From: Bugula neritina
Taxonomy: Eukaryota; Animalia; Bryozoa
DNA length: 64,000 nucleotides
Direction of reading: 5' to 3'
Assembly: GCA_964035545.1 (NCBI GenBank)
Contig: OZ037770.1
Location: 10,236,973 to 10,300,972 of the forward strand
Made by a program: the position numbers and the translations under genes. Shown piece by piece: positions 1-11,424 of this stretch. The notes beneath the pieces were generated by a model that was not told the DNA's origin, did not search any database, and was given only the letters and a program-made list of their open reading frames with translations. The stretch's first letter is position 1. Each line of letters starts with the position of its first letter.

Positions 1-71
1 ATATATATATATATATATTTGGTACTAATACAATTTTGGATATATTCTTTTGATTCATTTTTAATTATAGA

Positions 72-74
<3 letters not shown>

Positions 75-143
<69 letters not shown>
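75..143. repeat. (TA)n microsatellite (another at 1-18)
   Basis: Direct reading. Confidence 0.95.
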
Positions 144-147
<4 letters not shown>

Positions 148-956
148 ATTCAAAGTATATAATATAATGATGCTTTTTTTAAGATTTCGTATAAGTAATT
201 ATTTCATGCAGGTACCATATGCAGTAAATATGTTTCTTCTTTCAAGTTGTGTCATTCACAATATGCACATGTTTGCAAGAAAGATTAGGTATAGTTGAGC
301 ATAATAATAATTATTTATTGTGAACAAACTCATGAAAAAGTGATAGTGGTAAAATTTGTTTAATAAAAATATTAGTTTTAGAAACCTGGTTAAAATATTA
401 TTAAACAAACAGATTATTTTGAATATCACTAGATTTCCTAAGTTGTTGGTAAGATGTGTAATCAGGTTAACCAGCTGGAACACAGACAAGTGAATAAATA
501 TCAACTCTTGATTGGTTAATTCAAGCGAACAAAAACAATTTGTGGCAGATCTGAGCAGATGAGATGATAAATCAACTACACGACTAAGAAATATTATAGT
601 ATGTAGTAAATGGAATGCATTTGGAATGTTTATGGCCAACTAACATAAATATGGCCGAGATTTTTAAAATTTGCATAAAATAAGCAACAAATAGAACATA
701 ATACTATGCCTTGTACAGCCAATGGAATGCATGAGCTGCTAGAAAATAAAGTACAGTAATTGAAAAGGAACTACAGTACCTGCATAATTAGAAAAAATCA
801 AAAACCTATCAACTATATAAAAACAATATTTACAGTTGAGATATTACAGGCTGACAAAAATATCGAATTGGGTTGCTCATGTTATACTTTATAAAATGGA
901 AGATGATTAATGAAATTATTTTAATGCTATTATATAATATAGTGGATCAGAAATCA

Positions 957-3861
957 CTATAACTTTTTCCCAAAATATTTGGGCCAGCCAAAGTTTTTTC
1001 CAATGAGCTCTTCAAGTTTCTTATTATAAGGTTGAAAGTGATTCTGGAGAGAGGACAACAGCTGGGGAGACAACTCCGGATGCGCCCTACCTTTGGTAGA
1101 CTTGTCCATGCACCATTTGGAGTTGTCTGATGACCGAAAGCAATAGTACCCTCTTCCTTTATCATAATACACATTTCTGTCGGTTACACTACCAGGCTTG
1201 CCTAGAAAGTCTGTCACTTTGTTGATTTCTACTAAGGGTTGGGTGATGAGGTCCTCCCCGCTGATAAATATCATCTGCTCTAGTGGAAAGAACTCAAGCC
1301 ACTGCGACACAAAGACTGAGTACTTCCCGCTTTCAAGAAATGGCTGAGAGGGTCGCGGGTGCACATTCTCTATCAGCTTCCCGTCCTTAAGTTGAATTAT
1401 ATCAGAGAACGGTGGCAATGGGTCTGAGCCATCTGGTAGTTTGTATGAGTTTATATGAGAGTACAGAGAGACTAATCTCTTCACTGGGTCACACAGTACC
1501 ATGATTATCTTCATGTCTAGAGTAATTCAATAAAAACATCATTTAGAATTGAGTTGAAAAAACTAACAATATAATTAATTGCACTTGTCAATGGTAGTTG
1601 TAGTGACTAACTATAAAAGAGTAGCATAAACAAACTACATGTTTAAACTTGGATAGTTCAATTCCACCAATAGGATTTCTTAATACTAATTTCGCTTATA
1701 GTGAATCAATCATCCTTCAGGATCCCATATATCCTGTTGATGTATTTAGCTTATACCACTTTTCAGACATATTTTTCTTTCAAAATTTCAATGCAGTGTT
1801 ATTTATTTTATAGAATCACTTCTTCTATGTATTCCACACGAGTTTGAAAACTATACCTTGCTTTGTTTGATGCACTCTAGCAGGTACTTGTGGGTTCCAC
1901 ATGTATGGAGCACATTTCTCTATCAACACCTGACTAGTGCTGACAGGTGGCATCTGATCAATGTACCTGCATACAATAATATAAACTTTTCATACATCTG
2001 GGGTAGGTTTCAGCTATCCTGCATATTATATACTATATTATTGACAACATGTGAGATTTGTCTGCCTTTATTACAAACCTGGCAAAATAAGACAACTCCA
2101 ACATGTTTTAAAGCAAAAGATGCGTGTAAAACTACAAGGTAAACTTGGCATAGGCAATGTGTTTTACAAGACTGAAATTCATCAAAATTAGTTACAATTT
2201 ATGTTTCGTATTCCTCCAGGCTGCTAGTTAGTTTCTCATGAGGTTGATAGACGGTGGGAAAAGAACTCAGCAAACAAGAAAAGGTGTACTTATAAGTTAT
2301 AAACAAAAATGTAGATTCAGGTAATGGGAAAAATACCAACTCATTAGTTGAGAATGCATAACTTCACGCAATAAATGCTCATATAAATGTGTGAATAAAT
2401 ATAAGCTGCTGCACTGTAATAAAAATTTGTGCATGTAAAAGTGACGTATAAACAGAACTCATGTATAGTCGCCATCCCTGTGAGAACCCCTGAAGGAAAA
2501 GGGTTTTTTAACCTAGCCAAGGACTTTCACTATTGTGGCAAGAGAACAACTATGCCTGAAATCCTTTCATAGCATCATCAATGGCCTTTACTGGGATTTG
2601 AACCCATGACATTGTGCTTACTAAGCCAACGCTCTAACCCCTAAACCACGACTGCTCATATAAATGCGTGTAAATGACTCTGAAAGTATGCTGCTGTAAT
2701 GTAGTGATAATATATTGAAATTTCAATATACAATCACTACGTTACAGCAGCTTACTTATAGAAGTGACACATACCACTGAACACCCTGGTCAAAGTGATT
2801 ATTGAAGAAATTAAGCTCATGCATGTCCCCACTGTATATTGTGTTGATAGCAAATGATTTGCTAGTATTCAAGTATGTAATGAGGGCATCGGTACCACAT
2901 TTACCTACAAAATGACATGCATACTCTGCACTGTAGTATATAATTATACAGTTTATCAAAATTACAGTTCTGCACTGGTTTTATATTACACATTACGTAT
3001 TGGACAGTATAAAATCATACAGTAAGTCAAGAAAAACCACATTATATTACAAGAGACAACTAAGTGTAAAAAAGCTAATAAAACACTATTGCATGGTGTA
3101 CTAGCTGAGAAGAAAATAATTTGATAATCTTATGATATACTTTTACACTGCATTCACTAAGACATATTTATGTGTCAGTTATAAACCAATAAACAGGTCA
3201 ATTTACCAAAACCAGAATTACAATGACGTCCACACTTACCAGCACCAACCACCAATGCATCTGGGAGTCGTTTCTGAGGTAACTCAGTGCTGTATATTCT
3301 ACCAGAAGTTATGTGCACATGACTGATATCCTCATCCTCCACTCTCACTGATTGAAAAACTACAGTAGAAAATATTAAAGCACAATTAGTATCATCTAAC
3401 TGCAGAATCACATCATTTATGCAAAGAAAATAAAGATCCAATTATGCATATTTTTTATGTGGAATTAGGCAACATTTATTTGGAGTTATTGCTCTTCTAG
3501 AAGTTTGAAAAACCTGTGCATATAGAAGTTGTTATATTGTCAAAAACTGACAAAAAGTAAAAATGAAACTGAAGTGACAATACAGCACTGGCCTGAGAAG
3601 CAAACATTGTTTTTTTGTAAAGTACATTCCTTGAATTCAACTGCAACTAGCAGATAGATATAGAAATGTCATATACTTTCCTAATAACATGCAAGGAAAA
3701 TATTTGCATATTACAAAAAAGGAGCTAAAGTGACAATATAGTACTGGCTTCAGCAACAAATCAAATTTATTACCTGATTTGAAAAGGAAGTAACATGTGC
3801 ACACAACTCCAACGGCTAGGAGAGCCCATATTTTAATGTTATGAGAGTAAATTACAGCCAT
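957..3861 (-). CDS. Heparan sulfate glucosamine 3-O-sulfotransferase-like Golgi sulfotransferase, 5 exons (3861-3774, 3359-3240, 2904-2775, 1966-1857, 1516-957), ~335 aa
   Basis: Exons join in frame at GT-AG sites (1008 nt). The protein has an N-terminal type II membrane anchor (IWALLAVGVVCTCYFLF), a 5'-PSB-like LPDALVVGAGKCGTDAL, ELNFF..F.QG..WY..QMP, EK..Y, a 3'-PB-like CDPVKRLVSLY, and C-terminal GYYC...WCMDKSTKGRAHP typical of the HS3ST family. Confidence 0.88.
2456..2657 (-). mobile_element. tRNA-derived SINE copy (intron of the sulfotransferase gene)
   Basis: Reverse complement matches the ~210-bp family, with A box TGGTTTAGGGG, B box GGTTCAAATCC and the GGTTCTCACAGGGATGGCGACTATA tail. 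Confidence 0.85.
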
Positions 3862-5397
3862 ACTGCCAGATAATCAGATAATCAGATAATCAAACTTTCA
3901 GCAACATTATCCACTGTTATATCTACAAATTGGTACAAAGTAATCAGTGAGTTATATCCATGGTCCTTGATGGTATGATAAAATTGTGAGTTATTCCCAA
4001 AAAGGTCTGATTAACTTGAAAAGATAAAACTTTTATGTTTTTACTAAAAGTTCAAATAATATAAGCAAGAAAGGTAATGAAAGTAAAATAAGTAATAACA
4101 TAGAAAATTCTTCACTATCAAACTTTAACAATAATTTACATAACCGATGTTTAAGCTTTATCTACACAACATAAAGCACTTTCCATTAGTGTGCTATAGA
4201 AAGTACAATTAGAGACAAAAAGTGAGTTTTTATGGCAATTATTAGTAGTGGTAATAGTAGTAGCAGTAGTAATATTAACAATACTTTACTAGATTCGATA
4301 ATTCAATAGAAGTTGTGTGAAATTCACAAATTTTAAAAGAGCAAGAAGGACGCATTGACACAACAGACAACCCTACTGAGATTAGTTATGTCTTGAGAAA
4401 AATAGTTATAATGGTTAGTATAACATATGTGCAAAATTTAAAACTGAGAAAATATGAATATTGAGTGTGAGCATATAAAAATATATGTTAAGCACTGCAA
4501 AATAATAAATAATAATTGGTGATCCTTTTTGGTTAAAATAGCTTTTTTTGTATCTGAAGTTTTCTCCTAGTTGTATTAGCTTATTTGGCTTCTAATGCAC
4601 TTTTTTCTGGCTATATTTGATTATTGTGTGATAGAACACATCAACATCTTTTTAAAAAGTTGTATAGCTAAATAACATTCTCTTCTTGTTTCATGATTCA
4701 TCTTATAATAAAGAATTCAGGAACACAACGATTGAAACTGTGAGTTGTTAAAAGCCATTAGGACTTTCACAGATAAAAATTCTGATTGCTATTTTCATCT
4801 TGATTTAGCTATTATTAATACTCTTACTAGTACTAGTAGGACTACTAATAGGTAAATCAAAGTACTTATAGTTACTCTTGTTTTATTTTAGTAATTTAAA
4901 TCAAGTTTTACTCTTACTCTAGTCTTCCAATCTAACAATCGCAATGACGAATACACTGACTCTGAGACTGTGTGAGTTAGAATGCCATTGACCCTCACAC
5001 TGTGACTCTGTCAGTGTATGGGATTAACTACAAGCACTAGTAGTACAACTACAATTACAAGTTCAGTACAAGACCAAATACTAGTACTGGTACTACTAGT
5101 AGTACCAGTACTAATACTTACACTTAATTTTAAAAGTACAACTTAAACTTTAACTATGAGTTCAATCTAGTTTTAGTTCTACCACAGGCAGTGGCACATA
5201 CTCCCAGTGATAGTCATAGTGATAGTCACTACTCAACTAGTGACATTGATGGTCATACTGATAGTGATACTTAGTCAGTTATACTTGATCTTATAGTTAT
5301 AGCCAATTATTATTAGTATTAAAATAGTATTATCATTATTATAACTATATTATCAATTATCATTATCAGTATCACTCAATTCATCATTTGATGACCA

Positions 5398-5442
5398 GAT
5401 CATCATCATCATGATCATCATGATCATGATCATGATCATCAT
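5398..5442. repeat. (CAT/GAT)n simple repeat
   Basis: Direct reading. Confidence 0.85.
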
Positions 5443-5459
5443 TATATCAGGAAATTTAC

Positions 5460-5950
5460 CATCTGTGGCTATAATACCGATTATTACAGTTGATCTGCAA
5501 AATTCCGTTTACTAAAATTGCCTATCTGAAATAATATTATAATTTATATGAATCATAAGTGATAATTATAGTTGTAATTGAAGAAAATGCTAATTATAAT
5601 GTTGAACTTGATGTATAATTATTTTGAGTAAAAAGTACAAAACGAAACGGGCAATTACTATTCGATATTCAAATTTTTCTGTTTTTCTTTTTTTGTGAGT
5701 AGCCTATGATATTTACAATTTTAAACATCTGGAACACCTACCGTATAAAACGCAATTGTCTAGCCATAGCCCAACTTAATATATTGAGAAACCTAGTCTA
5801 TGACGGCAAATGGTTTCGCTTTAGGATACCCAATCGATACCGAAATTATAATAATATGATTATCGCTTTATTTATTTCAACCTAAGTTATCATACATCAC
5901 AATAATGTTTTAAAGTGGAAGACATCTTCTAAGCAATACAGGTACCTACT
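5460..5950. promoter_or_regulatory. Probable divergent promoter region shared by the sulfotransferase (-) and P450 A (+)
   Basis: The genes are head-to-head. The region is locally richer in CpG, with a minus-strand donor-like G|GTAAAT at ~5460 and a plus-strand CAG|GTAC at ~5941. No transcript data. Confidence 0.35.
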
Positions 5951-6488
5951 AGGATGCTGTGTCATTCTTGTATTTTTGTTATAAGGCATATGAACTTCAT
6001 AGAAAAATAAGTGTCTTTTTCAAGTTGAAGTTGTGACCTACGAGGCCAAGTGTCACTCAGTCACCAAGCGTGAGACTCAGACTGAGTATGATCAAAGTTT
6101 ATTTACTTCTAATAGTAATAGTGATAGTGATTTGTTTTTATATTTATTGATGTACAATGATAAATACTACTTGATTTTCTATTGTTTAAATTTTGTTGAC
6201 TGTGATTGAACACCCGGCTCAGCAGTGAATGAGCATGAGTATCGTTTTATTAATATTAATAGTAATACTAATAAGCGCATTTCAATACTGCATAAGTGAA
6301 GTATTTCATGGTAGTCATATTTAGTATAGTCTAGTGCTTTTTAATGTAAAATTCACGCCTTTTGCATTTCGCTGTATTGACAATATTATCTGCATATTAT
6401 TAAATTATTATCCCTTTTAGTTTTAGTAAGCGCTGACATTTTGATACTGCCTGATGTACTGATAAGCTTGTCTGATTTTGCTACTAAA

Positions 6489-9400
6489 ATGGGTGGGGTT
6501 ATCACCACTCTGTCACCACAAGATCTGCCTACACTGGGACTGGTTATAGTCACTCTGATACTGACATACTACGTCTATACTAGAAGTAATGATAAACAGA
6601 TCTACCCTGATGGTCCTCCCACTATTCCTATACTCGGAAACATTCCTCAGCTTCTCCTGTCAAAAGATATGAGTATGATTCACTTTTTGGAAGATAATCG
6701 TAGGAAGTATGGAAATGTAAGTTAATTGATAAAATTGAGCCTATAGTACAATCCTATTTGTATTTTCAAAGCCTTTTTATTTTTTCCACTTTAAGGTGCG
6801 TTTATAGCATTATCATTTTCAGTCGAAAATTCAATTTTATTAAAGTTTCATCAAACTTCTTTAATTTTGTTAGACAACTGCAAAGATTTCATACTTTCAA
6901 TTTTAAGATATATATTTTGGTTTTTAATTAAAATAGATGACCTTGAGTAATAAACTTGAAATAATTGTGAGGTTTTAAATAGTAAGTTGGGGGAGCTGGT
7001 AAATCGTGTCTTTTCAAACTCTGCCACCCTTTCCCCTAGGCATACACTATTGAGTTGGGAGGAATTAAGAGGGTTGTTGTTTCGGGATATACTGTCATTC
7101 AAGAACTTTTAGTGAAAAATGCTGACCTCTCAAGTAACCGTACAACCTTGGCGATGCCGGCTAATGACACTGAAATAGCCAAAACTACTCCAGGTAAATG
7201 TGTTGATGGATTTCCACAGCCTGTTCCAATAGTCTGATAATGAAATTAGATCTACTATTCATTCTAGACTCAAGACTGTTGATACTCTCAAACCTTAGTT
7301 ATAAACATTTAATTGCATATGTGTACTTATTAATTAGTGTTGCTTGTTACTTTTTGAATAAGCTTTGAATACTTAATTAGTATTTCATGTGACAGTTTGA
7401 AAGAGGGTAATTTAATAGGTACAAAATCGATACTATTACGTGGTTTGTATTCAGTGATTGTTTATATGAAATGAGTATAATTTTTGCTGATGATTACTTT
7501 TTTGCTGATATAAATATGATTTCATAGGCTTGTTTTGGGCAAAATATCCACACTGGAAGACAATAAGATCTTTTGCCCTGAACACTCTACGAGAAGAAGG
7601 AATGGGTAAATCAAGTCTAGAACCACAGATAATGCATGAGATACATGCATACATTGACAACTTCATCGCACCTCTCATTGGCCAACCGATAAACTTGTCT
7701 GACAGCATTATGATGGCCACAGCCAATGTGATGAGTTCCATGATACATGGTCACAGGAAAGACTATACAGACGCCACTTTCTTACTCTGGATGAAACATT
7801 TTGACTTGTCTCTGAAGGCGGTGGTCAAAGCTTCTGTTGTGAGGAACATTCCTTTCGCCCAATACCTTCCTGGTGATGCTTCTGGTAAGTTGGGGTCAAA
7901 TTTCTATTAAATTGGCATTGGAAATAAAACTATGTAAAGCATTCATGATCCTTTCAAATGTTTTAGCACAAACTTTTCATAGTATAATTACTTGAAAATG
8001 CTAATGCAGATGAGCCAGTGCCTTCGTAAACTATTGGGCTCCAACAAAGCTGGCTGGTGCATACAATAACCAGCTGTATTGTATACAATGAATGTGTTAT
8101 TATTATCCGGACAGTTGAAAAATGAACAACTTTAAACAGAGTGGTGACAGTTAGTAATTAGTCGGATTTATACCACAACTGCCAGGCTTGGCATAGCTCA
8201 ATAACCAAAACCACAAATATGCCTTGAAGTTTATGTTTTACCTAATTTATCAAAAAACTATTTTAAAAAAATTCTGGAACTGCTAATATGTGTGTTTATG
8301 CCAAAATATTTCTCTCAGAGAAAATAAACTAATGCTAGCAATAGTTTTCACACAAACCTTGAATTTCTACTGATTTTATGTGCTTTCTTTCCATCATGGA
8401 AGTTCTCCTAGTACCTGGTGGGAGGAGACAACTTTAAAATGTAAATGCCCTAGGAGGGGCTTCTGAAAAGGGGTCTATTGATAGTCAGACAGATGGTAGT
8501 GTAAAATATATGTATTGGAAAGCCTGCTATTCTGATTAGCCTTTAGAGCAGGGGGCAAAGGCAAAGGGCCCCAAGGGCCACTTGTGGCCCTTTGCCTAGT
8601 TTTCAGTGGCCCTTTTAGTGCTTAGGATATGTAAAAACTGTCATTGTTATTCTGATTAGCACAGCGTATAGGTTTAACGGCAAATTACTTTTATAATAAA
8701 TTTTGCTATGTGTACAATCATGTGGCCCTTCATTTTGGCTGACTTCTGAACTTTGCCCTCGTGCAAAAGAAGTTGCCCAACTCTGCTTTAGAGAGTTAAT
8801 GCAATTATCTAGAATTTTCAAATTTTAGTTTTTGAAAAACTTGATGCAATATTTTTCAAGAATTTAGTTTGCCATGTAGTCATGAAAAACACACTCGTTG
8901 TATGTATAGATGAAGACCCTTAGCTTTAGGAAAAAAAACATTCTAAGGTTTGTCTGCTGTGTATTTTGAAAATAATTAACGATTCTTCTGACAGGCGTTA
9001 AAGCGAACAAGGATGCAGGCAACATTCTACTTCCGGAAGCCATGAAAGAAGTTGAAGCTTGTAAAGACTCACTGGATCCAAGCCACCTGACAACTTTTAT
9101 AGACAAGTTTCTGTACCATGCTCAGAAGGAGCGAACAGCTGGGAGGAGTGACAACATATTTACAGGTTTCTTAGCTCTGTTTACATAAACATCTCACATT
9201 TCTATTTCTCATGAAAATTTATAGGTCACGAGCTGGGCTTGGGCCCCGTTTTGTGGCTTATGTATGTGTGTATAGGGAAAAAATGGCTGAAATTAACATA
9301 TCCGTAAAGTAATTCTGGTATTCTACATTGTCACAGATTGAGCTTTCGGGCCAGTAGTTCAGTGAGATACTGATAGAGCAGGTAGTATGAATTTCAGCAT

Positions 9401-11424
9401 AGATCTACCAACTTCAGTACTAGAATAATAATTATCGTTAGCATATATTAATTTCTATTAATTGCCTTGCATCGTTCTCAATAGATATAGTTGTTGAGTG
9501 TTTTTCTGCATATTTGATTTCTGTAGATGGCAATGCAGGCATGACCATGATGCATCTGTACGGAGCTGGTACTGAGACTACATCTACTGCATTGAGATGG
9601 GCCATACTCTATATGTGTGCTTATCCAGAGATGCAGGTCAAAGTTCATGAGGAAATCGACAGCGCCGTAGGTAAGCAGTAGTTTAGTGTACTTAGCCTTA
9701 TTTTTAAACTGAACATGCATTTATCTGACTTTGTATTCAATAGTTGCAAGGAAACTTCTATTATACAACCACAATATTATACCATCTTTGCTAGTTACTA
9801 TATGCAATTAACTCAAAAACTATCCTGCAAATTTTTAGAAAGTTCTAATTAGCATAGCTTTATTTAAAAATACTAATAAAGACAGGATTTATTTAAGAAA
9901 GTAGCTTTAAACTTTTCTTGATGTTACACAGATTGTGTTCACTTTGGCTCAACTGCACGATATTTTTCATTTAAAGGAGCAAATGAAGTGAGATATGCAG
10001 ACCGATCTGCCCTCCCTTACACAGAGGCTGTAATTCTAGAGGTACTGAGGCTAGGAGATATTGCACCAACTGGATTACCTCACACTCTTGAGGAGGAATA
10101 TGTCATTGATGGCAAGGTAGCTCATAGTACCTCATAGTACCTCATAATAGCTCATAGCAGTTTGTATAGGGCAATGGCTTTCATGCTCATTGAACTCTAA
10201 TAATAATGAATAAAGATGTAGAGATGAATAGAGATTGTTAAATGAACTGAAGTTATTTACCTTTCACTCTACTCTCACTATGTCAAGTACTAAGTATGTA
10301 CTAATGCCATTATATACATTTTTAAAGTTTCTGGCTTATTCAATTTTAAAAAGAGCACAATTCCTAGCTTCAAGAAGACTGAAAACTATTTAACATTTAC
10401 GTAATGTGTTAGATACTTCGTATTCTTGTAATAACTAACTCACTATATAATTAATAAAGAAAGTTTGGTTAGGTAATGAAGTTGTTAATTAAAAGCTTTT
10501 GAAGCACTAAAGTCTTACGTAATGCTTATTGATTTGTATCTTGCTGAATTAATAACAATCATGCAATATGAAGGGGAATGACCCTTTACTGCTACTAGCT
10601 AAGTGTGTGTGTGCTGAGAGATGCGGTTTTCCAACCATTACTTTTGCCTTGCGAGACAGATTTATGAAATTTTTTTACTGGTCTAAGTTTTACTGAAAAC
10701 TTAGTCTAAATACTGAATCAGAGAGGTATCGCCTCACTGACTGAAGTAGGTAGTATTTTCTTGAAATTTAGTCTACAAGTGAGAGTTGTCTGTTCTTTTG
10801 CAGACGTTACCAGCTGGCTGCGAACTCATGATAAACATGGCCTCTATATTGTGGGATGAGAAAGTTTTTGAAGAACCTGAGAAGTTTAAACCTGAGAGAT
10901 ACTTGAGTGGAGATGTGACTCTGAAGAAATCCAGAACACTTGCCTTTGGGATTGGTTAGTATTGTGCTATATAGATGTGTACTAGCAAATCCAATGTATC
11001 AATTGTGTTGTTTAACATGTATATTATACATAGTTTATCATAATACTGTATACGTATATTTTTTTTACAAATTAATGAACATTTTTGTAACAACTGTAAT
11101 TGAATGCATAATAATTAATAATTTAAGTTGTTAAAGTAAACTCACTATTATATATTCATCAAGATTTGACATTTAGTCTAATATTTTGTTTCTTTCTAGC
11201 CCTCTTGACTCTGCAATCCCTAGCTAATGCTTTTTCTGTAACCTACAGGGAGAAGGGCGTGTCTAGGTGAAGGTTTAGCAAGAATGGAACTCAGTCTATT
11301 CTTCACTACATTCATGCAGAAGTTTAAAGTCAGTTTACCAGCTGGCCATGTGCCAAATCTAAATGGCGTCTGCTCCATTGTGAATGCACCTGCGGATTAT
11401 CAAGTTATTTTCACTGAGAGATGA
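6489..11424 (+). CDS. Cytochrome P450, CYP2 clan, copy A; 8 exons (6489-6716, 7040-7193, 7528-7884, 8995-9165, 9527-9670, 9977-10116, 10804-10954, 11249-11424), 506 aa
   Basis: N-terminal membrane anchor, [12 protein letters not shown] hinge, WKTIR (WxxxR), GMGK, AGTETT I-helix, EVLR, PERY and heme motif FGIGRRACLG. The exons sum to 1521 nt with no internal stop. Confidence 0.95.
8549..8785. mobile_element. hAT-type MITE in P450 copy A intron 3
   Basis: Ends CAGGGG.../...GTTGCCCAACTCTG, flanked by a perfect 8-bp target duplication CTTTAGAG (8541-8548, 8786-8793). A second copy lies at 44676-44890. Confidence 0.85.

Noticed and set aside
256-639. 127-aa minus-strand ORF and similar short Leu/Ile/Phe-rich ORFs elsewhere
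   Set aside because: No motifs or splice context. They are expected by chance in AT-rich UTR or intergenic DNA, or are antisense shadows of real exons.
2750-2775. Apparent premature TAA right before a GTAAGC donor in the sulfotransferase (pseudogene?)
   Set aside because: An earlier donor, CAGTG|GTATGT at 2774, joins in frame to the next exon (W-YIDQMP), giving an intact 335-aa protein.
9160-9175. Weak exon 4 donor GTTT(C/G) as a sign of a broken gene
   Set aside because: It is conserved in all four copies at an in-frame position with a strong exonic CAG, so it is most simply functional.
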